DNA of 56,863 nucleotides, taken from positions 1-56,863 of the forward strand of contig JAZDJN010000025.1 in the NCBI GenBank assembly GCA_043803945.1. The letters are read 5' to 3'. Origin of the DNA: a bacterium (GTDB lineage Bacteria > Bacteroidota > Ignavibacteria > UBA10030). The position numbers and the translations under genes are program-made. Position 1 is the first letter of the stretch; each line of letters begins with the position of its first letter. Positions 19,558-29,603 of this stretch are shown here, one piece after another. The notes beneath the pieces were generated by a model, which saw only the letters and a list, made by a program, of their open reading frames with translations, had not been told where the DNA came from and made no database searches.

Positions 19558-21576
19558 TCAATTTTCATTGAATGTGCGTGCAATATCAAAGACTCGAATG
19601 GGGAGCACCATCGTGTTTAATCCGGCAAATTGAGTCCGTCGTTGAAATTCCATTGGTGTTTCATTATGCAAGAATCGTTGGTACCAACGCTCTTGTTCAA
19701 AGACGAGCCTTCCAGTGAAAAATATTGAGCGAGGGAAATCCTGGGCAATGGTAAGAGAGAGTTTCTCTGCTTCATCGAGAATGTCGGTCCCCTCGCCAGA
19801 ACGGTATTCGGCAGCGAATCCACACTGATGGACAAGGGCAACATATTTCTTTAATGATTCCTGTGTTTCTTCCTTGGCATGTTCAATTTCGTCAACACCT
19901 TTTAAGGTGCCGGCATCAATCATTGTGACGGAAACAAAAATAAAGTTATTGAAGTGATTCGGAAATAACTTTTGAATAGAGAGAAAAGAGTGGATACCTA
20001 AACCGTTATAGCCATTAACCAGCAATACAGCGGTGTGTGCTTTGGGATTGATAACCGGACTCATTTCTGTTTGGATTACCGGAATATCATCCAAGGCTGT
20101 ATCCAATCGGCGTAAATTTTCTGTAACTTTGCCATAATGATTTTTAATCAGATAACAAAAGCTCACAACCGCAGTAGTTATCACGATGGTGACCCAACCT
20201 CCCTCAGCGAATTTTTCAAAGAGATTGATGAGTAAGATTGAAAGGCATAAGAGAAAACCGATAATGTGAATGACGATATGGCGGGACCAGTCAATAAATT
20301 TTTGACGGTTTTGAATCCAGTAGCGTATCATCCCAAGCTCAGAAAGGGAAAACGTCAGAAAGACATTAATGGAATACATAAGCACCAGAGTGCTGGTGTT
20401 TCCACCGGTGAGGAACAGTGTCAGAATTGCCGCACCGGAGATAATCATCACACCGCTCTGGAGTGTCAGCCTATTCGATAATGAACTGAATCGATGAGGC
20501 AGCCAGGAATCGATAGCCATGTTGGACATCACCCTTGGACCGTCAATAAATCCTGCCTGCGCAGCAACAAAAAGAAGTGCTGCTTCAGCAATAAGGGTAA
20601 GAATAATGAAGATTTGTCCTGCAGGAAGCCCCCCAAATTCCCATCCTCCGGCAAACCGTTCTAAGAGAACAGCATTCATGGTTTTTCCCTCGACCGGTAC
20701 AACACGGTAAAGAAGATAGCACAGGAGTATGCCTCCTGCTGTCACGGCAAGGGAGACAGCCATATAAAGCATAGTGCGACGGGCAGTATGAATTTTAGGT
20801 TCACGCATAATTTGTATTCCGTTAGAAACGGCCTCAATACCTGTGTAGGTACCAGCTCCCCTGCTGTAGGCTCGTGCAAACAACGCAACCATTCCCCAAA
20901 AACCAAGTGTTGTAAATCCATATTGAGCGCCACGTTGAACATCGTTGACGACGCGTAAACCTTCATACAGATGGGAAAATATTCCACCGAAAATAAGTAT
21001 GACATGAGTGACAAGGAATACAAGGAAGATCGGCATAAGCGTCGTGACAGACTCTTTTACACCACGCAAATTGAGAACCATCAACAGGGCGATGCTGAGT
21101 GTCACGAGAATAAGTTTATAGGGAATGATCTGAGGAGGAAGGAAGCTGAATAGTTGATCGGCGGCGCTTGCGATCGACACTGAGATTGTGAAAATATAGT
21201 CGACGAGAAGAGCAGCACCAGAAATGACTCCGTATTTTGAGCCAAGTAATTTGCTGGCCACAACGTAGCCACCACCTCCGGATGGGAAGTGTTCAATAAT
21301 TCTCGAATAGGCATACGAGATAATAAAGATCGTAAAGGCAGTAGCAAGCACAAGACCCACTGACAGGTAGGTATGTTCTCCAAGTGCCCGGAATGCCTCC
21401 TCAGGACCATAGGAGGATGAAGAAAGACCGTCGGCTCCAAGGCCAACCCAGGCAAGAAAGGCGACGAGAGAAATTCGATGAAATAATGATGGATCCTTTA
21501 AATTTCGAGGTGCACCGACAATTATTTCCTTTACCTTTGAAAAAGCTGTCGTATTGGTGATCGTATCATTCATCAT
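19558..21576 (-). CDS. APC-superfamily transporter, KimA-like putative K+ uptake
   Basis: GADGLSSSSYGPEE, PSGGGGY, TGIEAVSNG, ~12 TM helices, cytoplasmic tail with LHNET. Confidence 0.8.
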   Translation of the reverse strand: MMNDTITNTTAFSKVKEIIVGAPRNLKDPSLFHRISLVAFLAWVGLGADGLSSSSYGPEEAFRALGEHTYLSVGLVLATAFTIFIISYAYSRIIEHFPSGGGGYVVASKLLGSKYGVISGAALLVDYIFTISVSIASAADQLFSFLPPQIIPYKLILVTLSIALLMVLNLRGVKESVTTLMPIFLVFLVTHVILIFGGIFSHLYEGLRVVNDVQRGAQYGFTTLGFWGMVALFARAYSRGAGTYTGIEAVSNGIQIMREPKIHTARRTMLYMAVSLAVTAGGILLCYLLYRVVPVEGKTMNAVLLERFAGGWEFGGLPAGQIFIILTLIAEAALLFVAAQAGFIDGPRVMSNMAIDSWLPHRFSSLSNRLTLQSGVMIISGAAILTLFLTGGNTSTLVLMYSINVFLTFSLSELGMIRYWIQNRQKFIDWSRHIVIHIIGFLLCLSILLINLFEKFAEGGWVTIVITTAVVSFCYLIKNHYGKVTENLRRLDTALDDIPVIQTEMSPVINPKAHTAVLLVNGYNGLGIHSFLSIQKLFPNHFNNFIFVSVTMIDAGTLKGVDEIEHAKEETQESLKKYVALVHQCGFAAEYRSGEGTDILDEAEKLSLTIAQDFPRSIFFTGRLVFEQERWYQRFLHNETPMEFQRRTQFAGLNTMVLPIRVFDIARTFNEN

Positions 21577-21726
21577 TCACTCCTTCGTCAACGCGTTACA
21601 ATATGCTTTGTGAAGGAGTATAGAATCAATGAAGAAACTATAAAAGGGATACTAAAGAATTTAGAGAATGAGATCAATTCCCCCGAGAAATAATCTTTAG
21701 TTCCTTTCTTCAGTCTTATCGAAATT

Positions 21727-21911
21727 CCGGCAATCCTGCCAAAATAAATTTCTCTCCCTGGTTGACTCCTACGGGCATACCTTTACCTTCCTTGGTAGAC
21801 TAACAAATCAAGGAAGGTGACGATATGTTGCACTCAAAATTCTACCTCACTAAACGACGCAACGGTGTCTATTACATCCTCATCAAATCTCCTGACCGTA
21901 TGAATCGATGG
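21727..21911 (+). mobile_element. R-type unit R2: operator, promoter, hairpin, integrase stub
   Basis: TTGACT 21762, TACCTT 21784, ATG 21825 MLHSKFYLTKRRNGVYYILIKSPDRMNRW, homologous to ORF 443. Confidence 0.85.
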
Positions 21912-22023
21912 CACCGATCTCAGGTGAAAGCACTTGTTCCTTGCCATACATAGCACTGTTATGTATATTGATGCCATACAAGATCACACTCGAGTTGGTC
22001 AACAGCACACAATGCACGCGATC

Positions 22024-22410
22024 ATGGAATTCAACAAGGACCTGATAGCCGCATCCTCAACCCCAATAGTCCTGGCGATACTATCAGAAAAGGACAGCTA
22101 CGGCTACGCAATCATTAAGCGAGTTCAAGAGTTGTCCGGAGGGCAGATGGAGTGGACGGACGGGATGCTCTACCCTGTTCTGCATCGGCTCGAGCGGCTC
22201 GGCCACATCAAGGCGCGGTGGGAAATTGCGGAGAGCGGCCGCCGTCGCAAGTACTACCGAATCACCTCGCGGGGCAGGGATCAGTTCGCAGAGGAACGCA
22301 GGCAGTGGCAGGCGGTTGATGCGACACTGCGGGGGATCTGGAAATCGCTCTCTATTTCCATTTCATCCATCTATGCGGCGCCGACCGCGCCACTATTGCA
22401 AGGAGTCTAA
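22024..22410 (+). CDS. PadR-family regulator
   Basis: DSYGYAII, DGMLYPVLHRLE, RRRKYYRITSRG. Confidence 0.92.
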   Translation: MEFNKDLIAASSTPIVLAILSEKDSYGYAIIKRVQELSGGQMEWTDGMLYPVLHRLERLGHIKARWEIAESGRRRKYYRITSRGRDQFAEERRQWQAVDATLRGIWKSLSISISSIYAAPTAPLLQGV

Positions 22411-22413
22411 ACG

Positions 22414-23784
22414 ATGCCGACAACAGAAAACACACCATCACTCGAAGAGCAGATCGGCCAATGGCGGCACTACCTTCTTCGCCGACAGGCAATCCATTCC
22501 GTCGATGTAGCGGAACTGGAAGATCACCTGCGCGAGCAGGTCGCGGTTCTGGTCGAGGCCGGGCTCTCCACCGATGAAGCATTCCTGGTGGCGGTGAAGC
22601 GCATGGGCAGTCTCGACGCTCTCTCACGGGAGTTCGCGCGGGAGCACTCGGAACGTCTCTGGAAGGAACTCGTCGTCGTACCCGCCGATTCGGGAGAGCA
22701 CGAGATGCGGGCTCGTACGGAAGCAATCATCGTCTTCTGTCTTGCCGTGGCGGCGGCCATGTTCGTCAAGGTGCCGGCACTCTTCGGCATCCAATTGGAC
22801 CACCATCCTGCCTTCTACGCCCGCAACCTAAGTTTCTTCGTGCTGCCTGTTCTGGCTGGTTATTTCATCTGGAAACGGCAGCTGGAAATAAAAACTCTCC
22901 GCTGGCTTGCCGTCGCATTTATTGTGGCAGGCGTCGTGGCCAACATCTTTCCGTTTGCCGGACATAGCAACACCGAGGTGCTTCTGGCAATGCACCTGCC
23001 GATCGCGCTCTGGCTTGTCGTGGGCCTCGCGTACGCAGGCGGACGGTGGGGAGAGGTGGCAGGCCGCATGGATTTCATTCGCTTCTCGGGTGAACTGTTC
23101 ATCTACTATGTGCTCATCGCCCTCGGCGGCGGCGTCTTCACCGCGTTCATGGCTATGATCTACCGGACCATTGGGATGAATGTCGAACCCTTCTTCCAAT
23201 CGTGGCTTCTGCCATGCGGCGCCGCGGGGGCCGTTCTCATTGGTTCCTGGCTTGTGGAGGCAAAACAGAGCGTGATCGAAAACATGGCGCCGGTGCTGAC
23301 GCGCCTCTTCACGCCCTTCTTTGCCATTTTGTTGGTTACGTTTCTGGCGACCCTGCTCTGGACCGGACGCGGGATCAGCATCGAGCGCAACATGCTCATC
23401 GCCTTTGACCTACTCCTAGTGGTCGTCCTGGGTCTCTTGCTCTATTCCGTATCCGCCCGAGATCCCCGGCAACCACCTGGCGTTTTCGATGTGTTGCAGG
23501 TTGCCCTGGTGGTCAGTGCGTTGTTGGCAGACGTTGTGGCGCTGTGGGCAATCGCCGCTCGTATCTCCGAGTTCGGGTTCACACCGAACCGTGTGGCAGC
23601 CCTGGGTGAGAATGTGATCCTTCTGGTCAATCTGGCATGGTCCGCTGCGCTCTACATCAGGTTCCTGAAGGGGAGCGGATTGTTCACGGATCTCGAACGA
23701 TGGCAGACGAACTACCTGCCGGTTTACGCCGTGTGGGCAGCAATCGTTGTAATTGTCTTTCCGGTTGTGTTCGGATATATCTGA
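22414..23784 (+). CDS. PadR-associated multi-pass membrane protein
   Basis: ELEDHLREQV..L..GLS.DEAFLVAVKRMG prefix domain; ~12 TM; RISEFGFTPNR; visibly GC-richer than flanks. Confidence 0.85.
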   Translation: MPTTENTPSLEEQIGQWRHYLLRRQAIHSVDVAELEDHLREQVAVLVEAGLSTDEAFLVAVKRMGSLDALSREFAREHSERLWKELVVVPADSGEHEMRARTEAIIVFCLAVAAAMFVKVPALFGIQLDHHPAFYARNLSFFVLPVLAGYFIWKRQLEIKTLRWLAVAFIVAGVVANIFPFAGHSNTEVLLAMHLPIALWLVVGLAYAGGRWGEVAGRMDFIRFSGELFIYYVLIALGGGVFTAFMAMIYRTIGMNVEPFFQSWLLPCGAAGAVLIGSWLVEAKQSVIENMAPVLTRLFTPFFAILLVTFLATLLWTGRGISIERNMLIAFDLLLVVVLGLLLYSVSARDPRQPPGVFDVLQVALVVSALLADVVALWAIAARISEFGFTPNRVAALGENVILLVNLAWSAALYIRFLKGSGLFTDLERWQTNYLPVYAVWAAIVVIVFPVVFGYI

Positions 23785-24102
23785 CCACGTGCACTGGCTC
23801 CTCCAGCCGTTCGCTGCGCAGTTTCGGCGCAATTGTGAAATGATGTACATTGCATGCTGCCCACTTCATTAACATTTGTGGAGAGATCTTCCAATCTTCT
23901 GCAATGGATACATACCAGAATTCCATCCTAGATGTGTTCATGAACTCTACTGCCTTCTCTTTCATAGTTCATTTTGGATGTTAATTTTTTACCTTCGTTG
24001 TGACTGTTCAAAACTCAGATGATACTATCTTGTTCATAGATCAATGTTGCCGGGAACACGGAGGATGCACTCAACCATCAGGAAGAAAAGTAAGGTAGAA
24101 TA

Positions 24103-24972
24103 ATGCAAAACATTATCCCGCAATTATGGTTTGACAAAGAAGCCAAAGAGGCAGCAGAGTTTTATTGTTCCGTCTTTGACAATTCTACCATCAAGTCCAT
24201 TGCACGAATCTATGACACTCCATCAGGCGATTGTGACATCGTGAGCTTTCAAATAATGGGGTATGATTTCATGGCGATAAGCGCAGGCCCGCTATTCAAG
24301 ATCAACCCTTCCATATCTTTCCACGTCAAATGTATAAGTGTGAGCGAAGTGGATGAAATATGGAAAAAGCTGTCTGGTGAGGGAACCGTGATGATGGAGC
24401 TCGGCGAATATCCTTTCAGTAAAAGATATGGTTGGATACAAGATAAATATGGAGTTTCATGGCAGATTATTCATAATGAGAGAGATTGCAAGCAGAGAAT
24501 AATGCCAGCGTTGATGTTTGTCGGTGATGTCTGCGGCAAGGCTGAAGAAGCTATTAATTTTTACACGTCGATTTTCCCTGACACAAATGCTCAAGTCTTA
24601 GCGCGATACTCCAAAGGAGAGGAACCTGATAAGGAAGGGACGGTGAAATATGCAGAATTTACGCTTAGCGGTCAGGAATTCGGTGTGATGGATTCTGCCT
24701 GGACGCATCATTTTGATTTCAACGAGGCTGTCTCATTCATCGTAAACTGCAACGATCAGAAGGAAATTGATTATTTCTGGAATAAACTTTCCGCCGTACC
24801 TGAAGCGGAGCAATGTGGTTGGGTCAAGGATAACTATGGGATTTCCTGGCAGATAACCCCAGCGAATATGGGAGAACTCATAGCAAAGAATCCCAAAAAG
24901 ACCACCCCCATCATCCTGAAGATGAAGAAGATTATTATTGAGGATCTTAAGAGGGCTGGAGAGGGAAAATGA
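24103..24972 (+). CDS. VOC/PhnB-like (3-demethylubiquinone methyltransferase family) two-domain protein
   Basis: IIPQLWF..EAAEFY, YGWIQDKYGVSWQ, CGWVKDNYGISWQ. Confidence 0.9.
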   Translation: MQNIIPQLWFDKEAKEAAEFYCSVFDNSTIKSIARIYDTPSGDCDIVSFQIMGYDFMAISAGPLFKINPSISFHVKCISVSEVDEIWKKLSGEGTVMMELGEYPFSKRYGWIQDKYGVSWQIIHNERDCKQRIMPALMFVGDVCGKAEEAINFYTSIFPDTNAQVLARYSKGEEPDKEGTVKYAEFTLSGQEFGVMDSAWTHHFDFNEAVSFIVNCNDQKEIDYFWNKLSAVPEAEQCGWVKDNYGISWQITPANMGELIAKNPKKTTPIILKMKKIIIEDLKRAGEGK

Positions 24973-25334
24973 ATAATAAAGAGAGAGCCACTTCTTTTTT
25001 ACAGCTTGCATCTTCAGGTGAAGTTCGTAATGCATATGAGAATTATATCCACCCTGAATTTCGTCATCACAACGCCTATTTCAAGGGAGATCGGGAATCG
25101 CTTTTGAAGGGTATGGAGGAAAACGCGCAAGAGTTCCCAAATAAGGTCTATGAGACATTACGTGTAATGGAAGACGGTAATCTTGTTGCTATTCATGGAA
25201 AAGTGATACTGTCGCCAAATTCCCATTGGTCAGTAATTCACATTTTTCGTTTTGAGAATGACAAGATCATTGAAATGTGGGAAGCTTCGCAGGAGGCATT
25301 TAAAAATTCTCCTAATGAAAATGGAATATTCTAA
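24969..25334 (+). CDS. SnoaL/NTF2-like protein
   Basis: FRHHNAY, EDGNLVAIH, HIFRFENDKIIEMW. Confidence 0.85.
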   Translation: MNNKERATSFLQLASSGEVRNAYENYIHPEFRHHNAYFKGDRESLLKGMEENAQEFPNKVYETLRVMEDGNLVAIHGKVILSPNSHWSVIHIFRFENDKIIEMWEASQEAFKNSPNENGIF

Positions 25335-25530
25335 ACAAAGGAGTGAACCGTGAAGCTCCTGCACCAAATATTTTTCTGGGTTGTTGAGAAACCTCTGGAT
25401 TCACAGATTATGATGAAAGAGGTTTTCACGTTCAATTGCTTATAGTATATTGCATTAAAGGTGCCGGGATTGATTCGTGTGTTGGCACTCTTCCTTAATA
25501 ATATCATCTGGGGGATAGTTTATTCATACT

Positions 25531-26310
25531 ATGATTAAATGGTCTCCTCCTGTCCTGTTGATGACAATTCTAACATTGAATGCCTATGCACAGAATTCTC
25601 ACAGTAAGGCGACAATACTCTTCGTGGGTATGAAGCACTTCGAATTGTTTGATGATATTTATTCACCCAAGCGACAGAAAGAAATTGCGGAAATCGTTAC
25701 ACTCCTGAAAAAGTTTAATCCCACGAAAATAACCTGTGAACGACAATTCGTAGATAAGGAGACTTTTGAGATTTACAGCAAATACCTTAAGGGCGATTAC
25801 GAACTCAGTATCCATGAATCGAACCAAATAGGATTTCGCCTGGCGAAAGAACTTCATCTGGAGAAGGTCTATCCAGTAGATTACCGGACAGAGGCAACGC
25901 TACCATCAATAGACTCCTCTGCAAAGGCAAACAATCAGGAAGTGTTTCTTCGGCGTTTGATTGATGGATTCGATCGCATTGGCACTCCTTCTGACGATAT
26001 GATAAAAACATCTTCGATACTCCAGGTTCTTCGGGCAGTGAATGCCGAAAGTATCCTTGAGCAGGTAGACCGGGTGCAACTCAGTTCGTATGTTCACATT
26101 CACAACGATAAAGATTATATCGGCACAGATCATTTGACTGAGTGGTATAAAAGAAATCTTAGAATCTATACGAACATAACGAGAATAATCGATTCAAAGA
26201 ATGATCGTGTATTAGTGTTAATAGGAGCTGCGCATGTTAATGTATTGCGGTGGTTTGCATTAGGATCGGGTGAATATAATGTAGAGAAGGCAGATGAGCA
26301 TTTGAAGTGA
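25531..26310 (+). CDS. Secreted DUF5694-like protein
   Basis: Signal peptide, QIGFRLAK, WYKRNLRIYTNI, RVLVLIGAAH. Confidence 0.8.
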   Translation: MIKWSPPVLLMTILTLNAYAQNSHSKATILFVGMKHFELFDDIYSPKRQKEIAEIVTLLKKFNPTKITCERQFVDKETFEIYSKYLKGDYELSIHESNQIGFRLAKELHLEKVYPVDYRTEATLPSIDSSAKANNQEVFLRRLIDGFDRIGTPSDDMIKTSSILQVLRAVNAESILEQVDRVQLSSYVHIHNDKDYIGTDHLTEWYKRNLRIYTNITRIIDSKNDRVLVLIGAAHVNVLRWFALGSGEYNVEKADEHLK

Positions 26311-26417
26311 AGTCATCCGAGTATAATATTTTTTATTGATATTCCATTAACGGCATCACAATTACGAACAACGCAGACCATAATATATTACAACATTCCA
26401 TATCCATTGATAGAACA

Positions 26418-26626
26418 TTTGACAATCCTGTCATAAATCGATTGTTGAAAAATATTCCTGTTGTCGGTTGACTCTTTCAGGCATACCTTTGCCTTCCTTG
26501 GTAGACAAACCACCGAGAAAGGTAACCGAATATGTCGCATTCAAAATTCTACCTTACCAAACACTGTAACGGTTTTAAACTCATATGTTTTTTTTCTCCG
26601 TGGGAGTGAGTATCAGATGGGCTATA
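26418..26626 (+). mobile_element. R-type unit R3 with integrase stub
   Basis: TTGACT 26468; ATG 26532 MSHSKFYLTKHCNG; 26466-26626 near-identical to 29329-29488. Confidence 0.88.
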
Positions 26627-26863
26627 TACCAGTACCGTATCAGGCCTTCTTCCATGGGTGGTGGCCAAGGTTCGTACTCCGGATATAGATTACCTCAACG
26701 AATAGCAGCAAATGAAAATGCAACCTATTCAGCCACACCCTCTGCAGAGAGCATTCTATTTCTGGCGACCTCAGCATTGACTGCAAAAAACACTCTCACT
26801 GTTTCCATCGACAGCCTGGGTAGATTCGGTGGTTGGAAGTACAGCGGTGATTTTGCAAAGTAG
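26627..26863 (+). pseudogene. C-terminal fragment of a small pilin-like hypothetical protein
   Basis: YQYRIRPSSMGGGQGSYSGY begins exactly where the R3/R4 repeat ends; no own start. Confidence 0.45.
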
Positions 26864-27151
26864 ATACACCTGGCGACTGATTTTTTTAGCAGGCGAGTTC
26901 TCCAAGAGCGTCTGAGTATTTATTAAAGGAATCGAATTCAATTCCGTCACTCTCTGTATTGCTCTTCAAGGGTGAATAACTGAAAGCAAAAAAGATGGTA
27001 CTGCACCATGGTGAGCTTATTGACCTGATCGATTACTCCAAGACTCTGCCAGGACACCGATGTATATGAGGTTGGGGTATTAAGGAATACCAAACATCAG
27101 GAGAATATCGAACCACACGGAAAATGTTGCCAATTAAAGTGAGAATGCAAT

Positions 27152-27179
27152 AAAAAAAGGCCCGATTATCCGGGCCTTT
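27152..27179 (-). terminator. Intrinsic terminator (long T tail on minus strand)
   Basis: aaaaaaaggcccg-attatc-cgggccttt. Confidence 0.65.
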
Positions 27180-27311
27180 ACATTATCAGACAAAATAATA
27201 CTCGCACACTGTAATCTTAGATCAAATCTTTTGAATAACTCTTCACAAGTCTGTCCCAATAAATAGCACTATCACCGTTTGTAAACTCCTATAAAACACC
27301 AACTACTTTCC

Positions 27312-27332
27312 TTGGTACATAGCTCGGTACAC
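27312..27332 (+). promoter_or_regulatory. Paired arm-type integrase boxes upstream of the att core
   Basis: ttggtacat and tcggtacac, 12-bp period, ~75 bp before the tRNA remnant. Confidence 0.6.
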
Positions 27333-27404
27333 AATCACCACCACTACCATTCGTTTCCCCCAGTATCCATTGTATTTCCCCTGTGTCAGAAAGTGCCCGG
27401 GCGA

Positions 27405-27484
27405 TTTTCAAGCCTGTAACACGAGTTCGCCTCCCCGCCGGAGTTGGAATCCAAAACGCAGGCGGGAATCTCGTTGGGGGTACT
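27405..27484 (+). pseudogene. tRNA-Glu(TTC) 3' half (attR-like) with 37-nt T-loop insert
   Basis: TTTCAA-GCCTG-TAAC-ACGAG-TTCG[insert]AAT-CTCGT-TGGGGGTA: anticodon loop onward; 5' half absent. Confidence 0.85.
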
Positions 27485-27719
27485 ACGAATTCGGAATGTT
27501 GAATGCGGAATAATATTTATTGGATCAATGAAACAATGAAACATTGATTCAATTTCCATCGGAATTCGATGCTTTCTCAAAGGAGCTGATCAGACAACAG
27601 GATCAGCTTTTTGCGTTTTGGGAGTGGTTATACGATATCCATAGCATCCACGGTGTGAAGCTGTAGAATTCCTACCGTTTGGTTGACAGTTCGGTAGGCA
27701 GCATTTTTTACGAATCCTT
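27485..27719 (+). repeat. L-type unit L3
   Basis: GAATTCG-GAATGTT-GAATGCG-GAAT, terminator 27584-27612, boxes at 27679 and 27691; 27548-27719 repeated at 30704-30866. Confidence 0.85.
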
Positions 27720-28046
27720 AAACCTCAGTTGACAATGATTACCCCGAGTTTTAAGTTTACCCCACACATATGACCCCAGCTGGCCTCGTCGAGAGGACTC
27801 CTATCTTGCTGGTAACATTCTGTTGAACAATAGAAGCCCTTGTTGGCGATACGCTGGCAAGGGTTTTTACATTTACGCCAACGACCCCTCAAAAAGTTGG
27901 TAGCACTCTTGAGAACCTCCCGATTTCGCTGACGTGAATAAATGAAAGCGTATTATATACGGGTGTATCGGATGCACTTTATTCTCCAATGTAAAAGATT
28001 ATTTATTCGGCTTCTATTCCTCGATATTGAATGAAAGGGAAACGTC

Positions 28047-29288
28047 ATGAAACCTATTATCGTGCGATTGTGGTATCAAATGTGTTTTGTCATACTCTCC
28101 CTCGGCCTTGCAAATAATTTTTCATCGGCACAATGGAGCAAGATCATGGGGATAGATACGCTCCGTGTTCATTCGCTTGCGGTGGTAGGAACAAACCTTT
28201 TTGTTGGAACAGAATGGGGAGGCGTCTACCTTTCTACTGATAACGGCTCAAGCCTGATTGCAGTGAACTCTGGTTTAATGTATTCGAATACAATCGTCAC
28301 TGCCATAGCATCCTCTGGTTCAAATATCTTCGCGGGTGTTTTTCTCCGTGGAGTATTTCTTACGACCAACAATGGTTCAAGCTGGACAGCGGTCAACACC
28401 GGTTTAACAGATCTCAAAGTCTATGATCTTGCTGTTTCTGGAACTAACCTGGTTAGTGGGAATCTGTCGAGTGGAATTTATCTTTCGACGAATAATGGCA
28501 CTACTTGGATGGCCGCAAATACTGGTTTGCAAAGCGCGACACTCAGTATCTATTCACTCGCTAGTTCTGGCATGAATCTTTTTACAGGCACATACCCGGG
28601 TGGTGTATATCGTTCGACAAACGATGGTTCAAGCTGGGCTACAGCTAATACAGGATTATCGAATAATTATGTCCACGCTTTTTTCATCTCAGGCAATGAT
28701 CTCTTTGCAGGAACAGGTGCTGGCATATTTCATTCCACGAATAATGGAACATCGTGGGCATCAATAAACTCAATCTATGTGTATGATTTTGCGGTCTTTG
28801 GGACAAACCTCTTTGCGGGTGTAAACGATGGTGTCGTCCTCTCCACGGATAAGGGTAAAACATGGACACCAGTCAATATCGGTTTGCAGAATGTGAGGGT
28901 GAATGAGCTTGTTATTTTAGGTTCGAATCTCATTGCGGGAACTAATGGCCGCGGTGTCTGGAAAAGACCATTGTCGGAGATGGTGACACCAACATCTGTT
29001 GAACCTCTATTGTATCGTCTACCGACTCAATATCGTCTCGACCAAAACTATCCCAACCCTTTCAATCCATCAACAACTATCCGTTATTCTTTGCCGCATC
29101 ACACAACGGTAAAGCTTTCCATCTTCGATTTGCTCGGAAGCGAAATAGTTATACTTGTCGATGAAAAACAATCAGCAGGATTGAGAGAGGTGCAGTGGAA
29201 TGCCTCTGGATTTCCGAGTGGAATCTACTTCTATCGATTGCGGGCCGGCAGCTATAGTTCGACAAAGAGGTTAATTCTGGTGAAGTAA
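28047..29288 (+). CDS. Secreted BNR/Asp-box beta-propeller protein with T9SS-type CTD
   Basis: Signal peptide, repeated STNNGxSW, QNYPNPFNPST..SGIYFYRL..KRLILVK. Confidence 0.9.
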   Translation: MKPIIVRLWYQMCFVILSLGLANNFSSAQWSKIMGIDTLRVHSLAVVGTNLFVGTEWGGVYLSTDNGSSLIAVNSGLMYSNTIVTAIASSGSNIFAGVFLRGVFLTTNNGSSWTAVNTGLTDLKVYDLAVSGTNLVSGNLSSGIYLSTNNGTTWMAANTGLQSATLSIYSLASSGMNLFTGTYPGGVYRSTNDGSSWATANTGLSNNYVHAFFISGNDLFAGTGAGIFHSTNNGTSWASINSIYVYDFAVFGTNLFAGVNDGVVLSTDKGKTWTPVNIGLQNVRVNELVILGSNLIAGTNGRGVWKRPLSEMVTPTSVEPLLYRLPTQYRLDQNYPNPFNPSTTIRYSLPHHTTVKLSIFDLLGSEIVILVDEKQSAGLREVQWNASGFPSGIYFYRLRAGSYSSTKRLILVK

Positions 29289-29295
29289 TAAAACC

Positions 29296-29488
29296 TTTAA
29301 CAAACCTGTCAAATAAAATCTTGTAACTGGTTGACTCTTTCAGGCATACCGTTACCTTCCTTGGTAGACAAACCACCGAGAAAGGTAACCGAGTATGTCG
29401 CATTCAAAATTCTACCTTACCAAACACTGTAACGGTTTTAAATTCATATGTTTTTTTCCCCGTGGGAGCGAGTATCAGATGGGCTATA
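29296..29488 (+). mobile_element. R-type unit R4 with integrase stub
   Basis: TTGACT 29331, TACCTT 29353, ATG 29395 MSHSKFYLTKHCNG. Confidence 0.88.
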
Positions 29489-29603
29489 GCGTATGAGGTA
29501 AAGCATGTTTCCGTAATTGCTTGTTTAATGGTGAAAATGTATTTTGGATACATAAAGCACCATATGGTGTAATAAGTATCCAGTTAACACTTGAGGGCCT
29601 GAG

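Noticed and set aside
21617-21661. KdpE box upstream of the transporter
   Set aside because: A-rich near-11-bp periodicity is visible but too degenerate to call by eye
26461-26688. 75-aa ORF, also 29149-29403 and 27386-27580
   Set aside because: Incidental frames across R or L repeats
27361-27484. Intact or intron-containing tRNA-Glu gene
   Set aside because: Upstream sequence lacks the 5' acceptor strand, D arm and the CAGGC 5' anticodon stem; only the 3' half is present
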